Part shown: positions 16,425 to 26,027 of the stretch, piece after piece
Position numbering within the stretch: the stretch's first letter is position 1
Layout of the letters: the number at the start of each line of letters is the position of its first letter
Assembly: GCA_030038885.1 (NCBI GenBank)
Contig: JASHQY010000010.1
Span: 1 to 41,703, forward strand
Direction of reading: 5' to 3'
Source of the DNA: Thermoplasmata archaeon
GTDB taxonomy: Archaea > Thermoplasmatota > Thermoplasmata > Lutacidiplasmatales > UBA184
Length of the DNA stretch: 41,703 bases
Position numbers and translations under genes: made by a program
Notes under the pieces: model-generated
Databases searched by the model: none
Seen by the model: the letters and a program-made list of their open reading frames with translations, nothing else
Told to the model about the DNA's origin: nothing

Positions 16425-17102
16425 CTATCGACGGGTCCCGGCACCGGCGCACGGAAAGCCGTCGAGGAACGACCACCAGGCGCCGATCGCTTCCCGCGCG
16501 GAGCGCAGCGCGATCGCCCGGTCGGACGGGGCGCGTCGCAGCTCCGCCTCGAGGATCGCGCGTTCGGCGCGCGAGTGCTCGACGTCCGCGCCCGTGTGGA
16601 CCCGGAAGAACTCGTGCGCCTTCGGGTCCGAGATCCCGTACATCGCACGGATCCCGCGGGACTTCTCGGCCGCGATCTCGGGGAAGATCGACTCGTACGA
16701 GTAGAGCGCGGCGAGCGCGCTGGCACTCCCCCAGGAGGTCAGCCGCTCGTAGGTGGACAGGAGCGCGCGGGTCGGCGCGGCCGGGCGCGCGCTCCGGGCC
16801 GCCCGGCGCGATACGCCGAGCCCCTCGGCAAAGTCGAGCCACAGTTCGGGATGGGTCGGGCTCCGTCCCTCCTCGTCGACGAGGTTGTCGAGCAGCACGC
16901 GGCGCTCGCTCGGATCGGCGAGGTGGGCGTAGGCCGCCGCGACGTAGCGCGGGAAGTTCGACTCGAAGTGGTAGTACTGGCCCGCGTACGACCTCAGGGT
17001 GTCGATCGACAGGTCGCCCCGGCTCCACGCGAGGTAGAACGGGTGCTTCAGCAGGTGGCGCTCGCGGAGCAGCTCATCGATCGGGGCAACGCGTCCGGGC
17101 AT
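16425..17102 (-). CDS. CADD/CT610-like heme-oxygenase-fold di-metal protein (PqqC/TenA-like), a candidate self-sacrificing pABA synthase
   Basis: Blocks match my recollection of Chlamydia CT610: HPFYLAWSRGDLS, QYYHFESNFPRY, LLDNLVDEEG..P.HPELW, AALYSYESIFPEIAAEKSRGI, HTGADVEHSRAE. I chose ATG 17102. Confidence 0.8.
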   Translation of the reverse strand: MPGRVAPIDELLRERHLLKHPFYLAWSRGDLSIDTLRSYAGQYYHFESNFPRYVAAAYAHLADPSERRVLLDNLVDEEGRSPTHPELWLDFAEGLGVSRRAARSARPAAPTRALLSTYERLTSWGSASALAALYSYESIFPEIAAEKSRGIRAMYGISDPKAHEFFRVHTGADVEHSRAERAILEAELRRAPSDRAIALRSAREAIGAWWSFLDGFPCAGAGTRR

Positions 17103-17206
17103 GCGCGAGGCAGGGAGTCGTCCTCTTTGTACGTTTCGGGCGCCGCGGCGGGCGCCGCCGACCATCGGCAGCGTATTGAACCCGTGGTCGGCTCGTACCG
17201 CCCACC

Positions 17207-18145
17207 GTGGCCTCGTTCCGACCGATCCCCGACGACCCGGCGACCGCGCTCCAGCTCGCGCGGACCGCGATCCGCTCCCGCAGCGACCCCGAGAGCGAGG
17301 TCGTCCCGTTCCTCTCCGCGGTCGAGCAAGAGATCACCGCCGGGTCGGCCCGCGGGATCCTGCGCGTCCGGGACGGCCGCGCCGTCGGGATCGCGCTCTG
17401 GTCCCCTCCCCAACCGGCCGGCCTCACGGTCGAGGTGCTGTACCTGGCCAGCGGGTGGCAGACGCCGGAGGAGTACCGCCGGTTCTACTCCGAGATCGAG
17501 GAGCGGGTCGGCCCGGTCGCGTTCGCTCCCGGCCGGCTCGCGGGGCTCTCGGAGCTCGCCGAGGACCAGGTGATGGCGGGCCTCGGGTTCTCCCGGTTCT
17601 CCCGGTCGGAGATGCGCTACCCTCCCGACGCGCCGCCCCCGCCCGAACGACCGGCCCCCGGCCTGCGCCGGGCGGAGGCCGCCGACGCGCCCGAGCTCGC
17701 CCGGCTGCATGAGGCGGCCTACCGGGGTCAGCTCGACCGCTACCTCTTCCAGCTGGATCCCGAGCCGCACCGCGACGCGGAGATCCAGGTGCGGGAGATC
17801 CTGGGCGGCCGGTGGGGCGAATGGCTCGCGGGCGCCTCGTTCGTGGTCTCCCCGAGCCGGCCGATCGTCGCGGCGACGCTCGTGGTCCGGGCGCCCTACG
17901 GCCCGCTGATCGCCGACGTGATGGTCGACCCCTCCCGGCAGGGGGAGGGCCTTGGCCGCGCGGTGCTGACCGCGACCGTCCGGGACCTGCGCGCCCGGGG
18001 AGAATCCGTGATCGTCCTCAACGTGACCGACGGCAACGATCGGGCGATCCGCCTCTACGAGCGCACGGGCTTCGTCCGCTCCCTGGGGCCGTCCCACGGA
18101 TGGTACTCGACCGCGCGGGTCCCCGTGGCGCCGTCCCGCGCCTAG
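17207..18145 (+). CDS. two-domain GNAT-family N-acetyltransferase
   Basis: The C-terminal domain has the acetyl-CoA motif DVMVDPSRQGEGLGRAVL...IRLYERTGF. The N-terminal half is GNAT-like but lacks the motif. GTG start. Confidence 0.75.
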   Translation: MASFRPIPDDPATALQLARTAIRSRSDPESEVVPFLSAVEQEITAGSARGILRVRDGRAVGIALWSPPQPAGLTVEVLYLASGWQTPEEYRRFYSEIEERVGPVAFAPGRLAGLSELAEDQVMAGLGFSRFSRSEMRYPPDAPPPPERPAPGLRRAEAADAPELARLHEAAYRGQLDRYLFQLDPEPHRDAEIQVREILGGRWGEWLAGASFVVSPSRPIVAATLVVRAPYGPLIADVMVDPSRQGEGLGRAVLTATVRDLRARGESVIVLNVTDGNDRAIRLYERTGFVRSLGPSHGWYSTARVPVAPSRA

Positions 18146-19575
18146 GACGCAGCCGCGCCGGAGGCGGTCTCCGCCTCTCGGGGGTGGAAGCCGAGGCGCC
18201 GGAGCGCGCCGAAGGACGCCACCATCACGACCCCGAGCGCGACGATCGCCCCGCCCGCGGTGAGGTAGGTGCCCTGCACGCCGACCGCGCTCGTGAGCAC
18301 CCCGCCCGTGGTCTGTCCGAACGGCACCAGCGCGTAGCTCCCGACCTCGTCGGCGGAGAAGACCCGGCCCATCATCGCGTCCGGGACCGTCGCCTGCACG
18401 GTCGAGAGGAAGACCGTCATGATCATGCCCGGCATCATCCCGTAGACGAAGATCACCGGCAGCGCGAGCCAGATCGAGTGCACGAGGCCGAGCGCGAACA
18501 GTCCGCCGCCCATCGCGAGCGTGAGCCCGATGATCGACCGGCCCGCGTGGGGCTCGAACCGGAACCGGGAGATCAGCGTGAAGCCGAGCGCGACGCCGAG
18601 GGTCGACGCGGTGACCATCGCCCCGTACCAGATCCCCTGCGTGAGGCCGAGCCAGCTGCCCACGTAGAGCCCGAGCTCGACCAGCGCGACCGCGGAGAGG
18701 AAGTTCGTGAGCAGGGCGGCGACCGTGATCTCGAGCAGCTCGCGGCGGCGGCCGAGGTACGAGAAGCCCTCGAGCGCGTCCCGACCGACCGACCGGCGCG
18801 TCGGGGAGGGCGCCACCGACAGGTCGATGTCGACGAGCAGGAGCTCGACCTGGGTGCCGAAGAAGAGGACGAACGCGACCGCGAGCGCGTCGCCGGCGGG
18901 CGCGACCGTGAGCACGATCCCGACGATCAGGGTCGTCGCGGCGCTCACGATCGCCGCGCTCGTGTAGATGATCCCGTTCGCCCGCCCGAGGTCCCGTCCC
19001 TCGACCAGGCGGGGGATCGATGAGTTGTACGCCGGACGAAAGAGGGTCGCGCTCGCGACGACCGTCGCCCAGCAGGGGTAGAGCAGGGCCACCCACACCG
19101 GCAGGTAGAACCCCGGAGCGAGCGGGAGCGAGATCCGGCCCCCCGGCGCGAGCACCAGGTCGGCGGCCCCGCCCGCCACGCCGGCCAGCGAGACGAGGTT
19201 GACGACCCGCATCAGGAGCCCCCGGTCGTGTCGGTCCGCGAGGGCACCCGAGAAGAACGCGCTGCCGAACGTCGGGAGCGCGGACGACAGTCCGAGCAGC
19301 GTCAGCGCGTAGGCCCCGAACGTCACGCGCTCGCTCGCGGGGTAGGCGAGCGTGATCGCGAACAGGAAGACGACGAGCACCGACGCGGGCCCGGCGAGCT
19401 GCAACGCGCCGGCGCTCAGGAACGCTCGGAACGACGGCCGTTGGAAGAGGTCGGAATACCGGCTCAGAAGGCTCCTCCCACCCGGGAGTGCCGGACGCGG
19501 CTCGTCCGCGATAAGCCTTCCGCGCAGGCGGCGGCCGGGAGGGGGGCCGCATCGAAATGCGCTTGTAGCCGCCAT
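18142..19575 (-). CDS. MFS-family transporter
   Basis: 477 aa with about 12 hydrophobic segments and MFS-like loops (GALADRHDRG). ATG 19575 is the only in-frame ATG/GTG/TTG upstream of TM1. Confidence 0.8.
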   Translation of the reverse strand: MAATSAFRCGPPPGRRLRGRLIADEPRPALPGGRSLLSRYSDLFQRPSFRAFLSAGALQLAGPASVLVVFLFAITLAYPASERVTFGAYALTLLGLSSALPTFGSAFFSGALADRHDRGLLMRVVNLVSLAGVAGGAADLVLAPGGRISLPLAPGFYLPVWVALLYPCWATVVASATLFRPAYNSSIPRLVEGRDLGRANGIIYTSAAIVSAATTLIVGIVLTVAPAGDALAVAFVLFFGTQVELLLVDIDLSVAPSPTRRSVGRDALEGFSYLGRRRELLEITVAALLTNFLSAVALVELGLYVGSWLGLTQGIWYGAMVTASTLGVALGFTLISRFRFEPHAGRSIIGLTLAMGGGLFALGLVHSIWLALPVIFVYGMMPGMIMTVFLSTVQATVPDAMMGRVFSADEVGSYALVPFGQTTGGVLTSAVGVQGTYLTAGGAIVALGVVMVASFGALRRLGFHPREAETASGAAAS

Positions 19576-19602
19576 CCGTCCGTACGGACCGCGGGGTCGA
19601 TC

Positions 19603-20721
19603 GTGCGCCTAGTCCACCACGACGCGGCGACCGGACGGTTCCGCCTGCGCCTCGAGACCCCGAGCGACCTCTGGCGGATCACCCGGTTCGTCCATCCCGG
19701 GGAGGTCGTCGGCGCGTCGACCACCCGGCGCGACCCCGAGGCCCCGCCCGAGGTCGCCGGTGCCGAGCGGACCCGCCGTCGGGTGTTCCTCTCGGTCCGG
19801 GCCGAGCAGGTCGAGTTCCACGGATTCTCGAAGCACGTCCGGATCACCGGCCCGATCGTCGAGGGACCGTTCGACCTCGGCCGCCACCACACGCTCGATC
19901 TCGGGGAGGGCGACGAGCTCTCGGTCACGAAGCCGAGCCCGTCGGCCGCCGACCGGACGATCCTCGACGAGGGGCTCCACGGGGCGGACGACCCGACGGT
20001 CCTCGTCGCGGCGGTCGACTGGGGGGACTCGTCGCTCGTCCGCCTGCGGGGCCGCGCGATCCTGCCGGTCGCGGACGTGCGCCGCACGATCGCGGGCAAG
20101 CAGTTCGAGCGGGGCCAGAGCGAGAAGGACCGCGCGACGTACCGGGACGAGCTCGTCGCGCTCCTCCGGCGGGAGGGCTCGGGCGCGACCGCGGTCGTGA
20201 TCGTCGGCCCCGGCTTCCTCAAGGAGGAGCTCCAGCGGCGGATCGCCGAGGTCGATCCGGCGCTCCACCGGAAGGTGAAGGTCTACTCGACCTCGGAGTC
20301 GGGGCGCGCCGGGGTCGACGAGCTCCTGCGCTCGGGTCGGGCGAGCGAGGCGCTGCGCGGGAGCGTCGCGGCCGAGGAAGCCGAGGCCGTCGAGCGGCTC
20401 GTTCGGGGGCTCGCCGGGGGTCGGCGGGCGGCGGTCGGCGCCGCGGAGGTCGCGGAGGCGGTCGGCGCGGGGGCCGTCGAGACCCTGCTCGTGTCCGAGT
20501 CGCTGCTCGGCGACCCGACGGTCGGCCCGGCGCTCGACCGGGCGCGCGCGTCCCGCGTCCGGATCTTCGTCGTCCGCGACGAGGGCGCGGCCGGCCGCCA
20601 GCTCGGCGCGCTCGGCCGGGTGGCGGCGATCCTGCGCTACGACTGGACGAGCGCCGCGCCGGCTACGGGATCGACTGGACCGCCTCGCGGAGGTCCTCGA
20701 AGCGGCGCTTCAGCTCCTTGA
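19603..20721 (+). CDS. pelA: Pelota (aRF1-related mRNA surveillance factor)
   Basis: This is the C-terminal 372 aa of track ORF 19228..20721; I chose the GTG at 19603. Blocks: VRLVHHDAATGRFRLRLETPSDLWRITRFVHPGEVV, GPGFLKEEL, TLLVSESLL. The tail of about 25 aa after ILRYDW overlaps convergent rpoD. Confidence 0.85.
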   Translation: MRLVHHDAATGRFRLRLETPSDLWRITRFVHPGEVVGASTTRRDPEAPPEVAGAERTRRRVFLSVRAEQVEFHGFSKHVRITGPIVEGPFDLGRHHTLDLGEGDELSVTKPSPSAADRTILDEGLHGADDPTVLVAAVDWGDSSLVRLRGRAILPVADVRRTIAGKQFERGQSEKDRATYRDELVALLRREGSGATAVVIVGPGFLKEELQRRIAEVDPALHRKVKVYSTSESGRAGVDELLRSGRASEALRGSVAAEEAEAVERLVRGLAGGRRAAVGAAEVAEAVGAGAVETLLVSESLLGDPTVGPALDRARASRVRIFVVRDEGAAGRQLGALGRVAAILRYDWTSAAPATGSTGPPRGGPRSGASAP

Positions 20722-21508
20722 GCGTGAACCGGAGCGCCTCGCGCGGGGAGAGCGAGCCGTCCGTCTCGAAGCGGAGGAAGAACCGCTCGGTGTCGGGCTC
20801 GACCTTGATCGACCCGTGCTCGCAGGTCGCCTCGCACGCGCCGCAGAAGATGCACTTCGGCTCGTCCGTGACCGAGAGCTTCCCGTTCGCGAACTCGAGG
20901 ATGTTCACCGGGCAGGAGCCGGCGGTCCGCTTGAGGCACGCGTCGGAGCAGCCCTCCTTGCGCTGGATCCGGACGTGGGGCCGCGGGTACATCCCGACGG
21001 CGTGCGCGACCTGCCACTTCGCGTGCTCGCGGGCGGTCCCGACGACCGCGGTCGCGTAGGCGAGGAGCGCCTGGCGGGCCCCGAGCCGGACGATCGGCAC
21101 GTCGGGCTCGAGGATCGCGAGCCCGGCGTCCCCGAGCGGCACGACGTCCCGCGCGTAGACCGTGCACGGTCCCTTGCGGTCGACCGAGTACATCACCTGG
21201 CAGTGGGGGCAGCCGGCCCCGCCGCACGAGCACTCCGACTTCTTGCGGAACTCACCCAGGTCGGTCGGGATCGGCAGGAGCCCGAGGCGCAGCGCGACCG
21301 CCTCGTCGAACATGCTCGTCGACGAGTCGTAGTCCTTGCCGCTCGCCTCGTCCCGGATCGGGCCCAGGTGGAACTCGACGTCCTCGATCGCGAGCTTCGG
21401 CACGTCGGCGAGCAGCGTGCGCCGGATCGCGTTGACCTGCGAGGCGGTCGGGCCCTCGAACTCGAGGAGCGTCGAGCGGGGCTTCAGCTCCTGGATCGTC
21501 ACCGGCAT
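20663..21508 (-). CDS. rpoD: DNA-directed RNA polymerase subunit D (Rpo3) with a Cys-rich Fe-S insertion
   Basis: N-terminus MPVTIQELKPRSTLLEFEGPTASQVNAIRRTLLADVPKLAIEDVEF. Cys clusters CSCGGAGCPHC and CIFCGACEATCEHG. It lies downstream of rps11, as in the archaeal operon. Confidence 0.9.
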   Translation of the reverse strand: MPVTIQELKPRSTLLEFEGPTASQVNAIRRTLLADVPKLAIEDVEFHLGPIRDEASGKDYDSSTSMFDEAVALRLGLLPIPTDLGEFRKKSECSCGGAGCPHCQVMYSVDRKGPCTVYARDVVPLGDAGLAILEPDVPIVRLGARQALLAYATAVVGTAREHAKWQVAHAVGMYPRPHVRIQRKEGCSDACLKRTAGSCPVNILEFANGKLSVTDEPKCIFCGACEATCEHGSIKVEPDTERFFLRFETDGSLSPREALRFTLKELKRRFEDLREAVQSIP

Positions 21509-21512
21509 CGCG

Positions 21513-21896
21513 CTACACGCGCCGGCCGCGGCGCCCTCCCTTCGGCTTGGTCCCGTCGTGCGGGACCGGCGTGACATCCTCGATGCGCTGGATCTTGACG
21601 CCCGCGCGCGCGAGCGCGCGGATCGCGGCCTGGGCGCCCGGGCCGGGCGAACGCGAGCGGTTGCCGCCGGGAGCCCGCACGCGCACGTGCAGGGTGTCGT
21701 AGCCCTTCTCCTTGATCAGCGCCGCGACCTGGTCGGCGGCCTTCATCGCGGCGTAGGGGCTCGACTCGTCCCGGGCGGCCTTGACGACCATCCCGCCGGT
21801 CGCCTTGGCGAGCGTCTCGGCGCCGGTGACGTCGGTGACCGTGATGTGGATGTTGTTGTAGCTCGCGAAGATGTGCGCGATCCCGATCTTCGTCAT
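21513..21896 (-). CDS. rps11: 30S ribosomal protein S11 (uS11)
   Basis: [40 protein letters not shown]...[34 protein letters not shown] 21896 overlaps the rps4 stop (ATGA). Confidence 0.95.
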   Translation of the reverse strand: MTKIGIAHIFASYNNIHITVTDVTGAETLAKATGGMVVKAARDESSPYAAMKAADQVAALIKEKGYDTLHVRVRAPGGNRSRSPGPGAQAAIRALARAGVKIQRIEDVTPVPHDGTKPKGGRRGRRV

Positions 21897-22492
21897 GCCG
21901 GCGGGGCCTCCTCCGGCGGCACCGGGGCCGCTTCGGCCGGCGCGGCCTTCGCCGCGAGCCGCTCGCGCAGGGCGATCCGCATCGGGTGGTCGTCGCTCGC
22001 GAACGGGCTCCCGTTCGCGTAGGCGATCTGCCCCTCCTCGTCCAGCCGCACGAGGTACCCCGGCCGGGTGACGCGGTGCGCTCCGAGCGTGAAGTGCCCC
22101 TGGACGATCCACTTCCGGGCGCTCTCGGCGGTCGGCGCGAGGCTGTGGCCATACACGACCGTCTCGAAGCGGCGGCGCAGGACGTCCTCGGTCGTGAGCG
22201 CGAGGACGTCGTCGAGCGTCGGGGTGCCGACCGAGAGCATGCCGAGGCGCGTCAGCCGGGCCAGGAGGAGGGCGGTCTCCTGCTGCGCCTGGGCCTCGCC
22301 GGTGCGCAGGCGGGCCTGCAGCTCGCGGGTCTGCCCGCGGATGCGGCGCAGGATCGACTGCGCCTTCCACAGCTCTCGCTTGTTCTTGAGGCCGTACTTC
22401 TCGAGGAGCTTCCGCTCCTCGTCCATGCGGGTCGCCTCCCACGGATGCTTCGGCGTGTCGTAGGTGCGCCGGAGGAACTTCGGATCGCCCAT
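21893..22492 (-). CDS. rps4: 30S ribosomal protein S4 (uS4), with an Ala/Pro-rich C-terminal tail
   Basis: [46 protein letters not shown]... is canonical archaeal S4. The tail is [20 protein letters not shown]. Confidence 0.95.
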   Translation of the reverse strand: MGDPKFLRRTYDTPKHPWEATRMDEERKLLEKYGLKNKRELWKAQSILRRIRGQTRELQARLRTGEAQAQQETALLLARLTRLGMLSVGTPTLDDVLALTTEDVLRRRFETVVYGHSLAPTAESARKWIVQGHFTLGAHRVTRPGYLVRLDEEGQIAYANGSPFASDDHPMRIALRERLAAKAAPAEAAPVPPEEAPPA

Positions 22493-22499
22493 CGCTGTC

Positions 22500-23234
22500 C
22501 TACTCCTTCTTCGCCGGCGGGGCCTTGGCCGCGGGAGCGGGCGCCTCTTCCTTGCCGGCGGCCGCCGCCGCTTCCTTGGCCGCCTTCTTCAGCACGCCGG
22601 CGGCCATGCCGGTCCGCCCGTTCGAGCGGGTCCGCTGTCCGCGGACCTTCTGGCCGCGCTCGTGGCGGACCCCGCGGTAGCTGCGGATCATCTTCAGCTG
22701 GTTCACGTCGTCCCGCCGTCGGGTGTCGAGCTCGGGTCCGACGTAGTGGAGCGTCTCCCCGAGCAGCGGCTCGTGGCGGTGGTTGACCATCCAGTCCGGC
22801 ACCTTCGACGGGATCGACGCGAGGGTCGTTTCGATCAGGTCGACCGTCGGCTCGGGGAGGTTGCCGATCCGCTCGGCCGCCGGCACCGCCGCGAGCTGGC
22901 AGGCCACCTCGGCGAGGCGGAGCCCGACCCCCCGCACCCCGGTGAGCGCGAGCGCCACCGCTCGGGTGCCGTCGAGGTCGGTGTCGGAAACGCGCACGAT
23001 GTAGCGGAAGTTCGGATTGTCGGGGACGTACTTCGGAGCCTTGCCGGCGCCGGGTCCCGGCGCCTTGCCTTTCTTGCCCGCGTCCTTGGCGTCCTTCCCT
23101 TCCTTCGCGTCCCGGCCCTTGCCCCCCTTCTCCTTCTTGGCGGCCTTCTCGGTCGAGGCCTCCGCCCCGGCGTCCGCGGCCGGCGCCGCCGCTTCGTCCT
23201 TCGGTTCCTTGGGGTCCTTCGGCGCGATCTTCAC
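22500..23234 (-). CDS. rps13: 30S ribosomal protein S13 (uS13) with Lys/Ala/Glu-rich N- and C-terminal extensions
   Basis: Core: FRYIVRVSDTDLDGTRAVALALTGVRGVGLRLAE...LKMIRSYRGVRHERGQKVRGQRTRSNGR. The only in-frame ATG/GTG/TTG upstream of the core and downstream of the methyltransferase stop are GTG 23234 and TTG 23324. Alternative internal start: GTG 22997. Confidence 0.85.
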   Translation of the reverse strand: MKIAPKDPKEPKDEAAAPAADAGAEASTEKAAKKEKGGKGRDAKEGKDAKDAGKKGKAPGPGAGKAPKYVPDNPNFRYIVRVSDTDLDGTRAVALALTGVRGVGLRLAEVACQLAAVPAAERIGNLPEPTVDLIETTLASIPSKVPDWMVNHRHEPLLGETLHYVGPELDTRRRDDVNQLKMIRSYRGVRHERGQKVRGQRTRSNGRTGMAAGVLKKAAKEAAAAAGKEEAPAPAAKAPPAKKE

Positions 23235-23334
23235 CTTCTGGGAAGGGGTCCCGGATCGGCGCGGTCGGACGCGAGCCGGAGCCCGCGATTCGACCCCCGC
23301 TCCGAGGGCGGGGCCGCCGAGCAAGCCGTTCCTT

Positions 23335-23970
23335 TTAACGGCTTCGCCGCCGCGCCTCGAGCACCCGGTAGCCGGAGCCCCGTGCGAGCACCTCGACGGG
23401 TCCGGGCCAGTGCGCTTCGAGCCAGTCCTGGTAGAACCGGATCCCGAGGCTGCCCTTGCCGACGAGGACGAACCGGCCCCCGGGCCGGACGTGGTCCGGC
23501 GCCTCGGTGAGGATCCGGAGCACGTGCGCCCGCCCGAGCCGGTACGGCGGGTTGGCCGCGACCACATCGAACGCGTCGGAGGCGATCGGCTCGAAGAACG
23601 CGCCGACCCGCACTTCGGCGTTGAGGAGCCCGTTCCGCTCGACGTTGCCTTCGGCGAGGCGGGCCGCGCGACGGTTGACCTCGGTCAGCACGACGCGCCC
23701 GTCGCGCGCGGCCTTCGCGGCCGCCACGCCGACGGCGCCCCAGCCGCATCCGAGGTCGAGCACGCGGTCGCTGCGACCGATCGTGAGGTTCTCGATCAAG
23801 AGCGCGGTCCCGGGATCGAGCCCCCGGCCGGAGAAGACCCCCTGGTCCACGACGAACGTCAGGAGTTCGCCGCGGTAGAGGAAGCGCAGCAGCCGGGGGT
23901 GCGAGCGGACGCGGGGCCGTTCGGCGAAGTACTGCTCGGAGAGCGCCCGCGCCCCCGCCTCGTCGGCCAT
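23335..23970 (-). CDS. class I SAM-dependent methyltransferase (MTS / RsmC-RlmG-like, NPPY motif)
   Basis: Motifs: VLDLGCGWGAVGV (motif I) and VVAANPPYR (N-methylation NPPY motif). Confidence 0.8.
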   Translation of the reverse strand: MADEAGARALSEQYFAERPRVRSHPRLLRFLYRGELLTFVVDQGVFSGRGLDPGTALLIENLTIGRSDRVLDLGCGWGAVGVAAAKAARDGRVVLTEVNRRAARLAEGNVERNGLLNAEVRVGAFFEPIASDAFDVVAANPPYRLGRAHVLRILTEAPDHVRPGGRFVLVGKGSLGIRFYQDWLEAHWPGPVEVLARGSGYRVLEARRRSR

Positions 23971-23976
23971 CGGCGG

Positions 23977-25110
23977 CTAGCTCCGGCGATGGAAGAACGA
24001 CTCCCGCCGCGCCGTGGCGGTCGGCGCACCGGCGCCGAGCGCCTCCCGGACGAGCTCCTTCTCCCGCCCCGGCAGGGAGCGGGGGATCTCGACGTGGAGG
24101 GTCACGACGAGGTCGCCGCGGGTCGGCCCGCGGAACCGGGGGAATCCGAGGCCGCGCATGCGGAACTGGGTCTCGGGCTGAGTGCCGGCGGGCACCTTCA
24201 GCTCGGCCTCCCCTTCGATCGTTCGGACCGTCGCGACCCCGCCCAAGAGGGCGGTGACCAGCGGCACGGTCGCCTCGGTGAACGCCTCGGTCCCCTCCCG
24301 TCGGAGATGATCCGAGGGCTCGAAGACCACCTGGACGTACAGGTCGCCGGCCCGCTCCCCGTCCGGTCCGCGCCCCCCATGGCCGGGGACGCGGAGGACC
24401 GCCCCGTCCTCCATCCCGGGAGGGACCGTCACCTCGATCCGCTCGACCGTGCGCTGGCGGCCCGAGCCGTGGCAGGTCGGACACCGCTCGAGGATCTTCT
24501 GGCCGCTCCCGCGGCAGGTCGGGCACTGACCGACCGTGATGAACTGGGTGTAGCCCCGGCTGCGGCTGCGTCGGACCTGGCCCGAACCGCCGCACTCCGG
24601 ACAGACCTCGAGCGCGGTGCCGTGCTTGGCCCCGGTCCCGCGGCAGTCGGAGCACGGACCGACCAGCGGGACCTCGAGCGTCGGACGCGCGCCCTCGACC
24701 GCGGCCCGGAGCGGGAGGCGGACCGCGACCTCGACGTCGCTCCCCCGCGCGGCGCGCCCGACCGGCGCGCCCATGAAGCTGCCGAACAGCTGCTGGAACA
24801 GCGGGTTCGCCCCGAGGAGGTCCTCGAGGTCCCCGGCGTGGGTGAAGTTCTGCCAGGTGAATCCGCCGGGTCCGAAATCGCCCTGCACCGCGTCGAACCC
24901 GCGCTGGTCGTAGCTCTGGCGCTTCTGCTCGTCGGCCAGGACCTCGTAGGCTTCCGAGATCTCCTTGAACTTCGCCTCGGCGGCCTTCGGGTCCTCCTTC
25001 GCCACGTCCGGGTGGTACTGGCGCGCGAGGTGGCGGTACGCCGACTTGATCTCGTCCGGCGTCGCGGTCTTCGGGACCCCGAGCACCTCGTAGTAGTCGC
25101 GCTTGGGCAT
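23977..25110 (-). CDS. dnaJ: molecular chaperone DnaJ
   Basis: J domain [36 protein letters not shown]. Four CxxCxGxG repeats: [33 protein letters not shown] chose ATG 25110. Confidence 0.93.
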   Translation of the reverse strand: MPKRDYYEVLGVPKTATPDEIKSAYRHLARQYHPDVAKEDPKAAEAKFKEISEAYEVLADEQKRQSYDQRGFDAVQGDFGPGGFTWQNFTHAGDLEDLLGANPLFQQLFGSFMGAPVGRAARGSDVEVAVRLPLRAAVEGARPTLEVPLVGPCSDCRGTGAKHGTALEVCPECGGSGQVRRSRSRGYTQFITVGQCPTCRGSGQKILERCPTCHGSGRQRTVERIEVTVPPGMEDGAVLRVPGHGGRGPDGERAGDLYVQVVFEPSDHLRREGTEAFTEATVPLVTALLGGVATVRTIEGEAELKVPAGTQPETQFRMRGLGFPRFRGPTRGDLVVTLHVEIPRSLPGREKELVREALGAGAPTATARRESFFHRRS

Positions 25111-25159
25111 GGTCGGTGAGGGGACGGAACGTCCGTTCCCCCGTCTCCTAGGGACCCGG

Positions 25160-25990
25160 CTATTTACCGTTCCCTGTGCGCGCGGTGCGCGGAGCCCAGC
25201 GGACCGTGACCGCGTCGCCGACGCCGGCCCGCCATCGCCGAGCCGCGACCCCGCGGGCGACCGCGACCTCGAGCGTGCCGAAGCTCGAACCGAGGAGCCC
25301 GGTGCGGCCGCGTCCGAGGGCCTCGTAGCTGGCCACCACCGGCACGCGACGGGCCGGACGGCCGCGGAGCCGAACGTCGGCCGACCGCGCGTCGGAGGGG
25401 AGCCAGCCGGTCGGGACGTTCGTGATGAGGTTGCCGAACCGGTCCTCGTGGAGGATCTCGCCGGAGGCGACCGCGCCGCGGCGGCGAGCCACCGGGATCG
25501 CGTAGCGATGGGCCCGGATCCGGGGCCCGAGCGCGCGGGCCCGCAGGCCCTGCGCGAGCCGGGCGGCCGCCGGGGCGAACAGATCCCGGCCATCGAACGT
25601 GCGTCCGACCCGGGGTCGGGCGCCGAGACGCGCCGGGTCGATCCGGTACGCGATCGGCTGCCCGAGGGCGTCGGCGAGGGGGATCAGGACCCCGTTGTCC
25701 GGGCCGACCAGCGCCGAACCGTCGGCGCAGTCGATCGCGATCGGCGCGCGACGGCCGCCGACGCCCGGGTCGACGACCGCGACGTGGACCGTGCCGGGCG
25801 GGAATCCGATCGCCATCGCGCGGAGGAGGAACGCCGCCTCGCCGATGGCGTGGGCCCGCAGATCGTGGGCCAGGTCGACGACCCGGCCCGGCGGGATGCG
25901 GTGGACGAGGACGGCCTTCATCTGCGCCGCGTACGCGGCGCCGATGTCGCTCGTGAGGGTGACCAGCCGGGGACCGGCCCGCGCCCGCAT
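25160..25990 (-). CDS. SAM hydroxide adenosyltransferase / SAM-dependent halogenase-like protein (DUF62)
   Basis: Motifs: [53 protein letters not shown]. Confidence 0.8.
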   Translation of the reverse strand: MRARAGPRLVTLTSDIGAAYAAQMKAVLVHRIPPGRVVDLAHDLRAHAIGEAAFLLRAMAIGFPPGTVHVAVVDPGVGGRRAPIAIDCADGSALVGPDNGVLIPLADALGQPIAYRIDPARLGARPRVGRTFDGRDLFAPAAARLAQGLRARALGPRIRAHRYAIPVARRRGAVASGEILHEDRFGNLITNVPTGWLPSDARSADVRLRGRPARRVPVVASYEALGRGRTGLLGSSFGTLEVAVARGVAARRWRAGVGDAVTVRWAPRTARTGNGK

Positions 25991-26027
25991 GGTCGCCGAC
26001 CCGACGGGTCGACCGTGCCCGAGCCGC

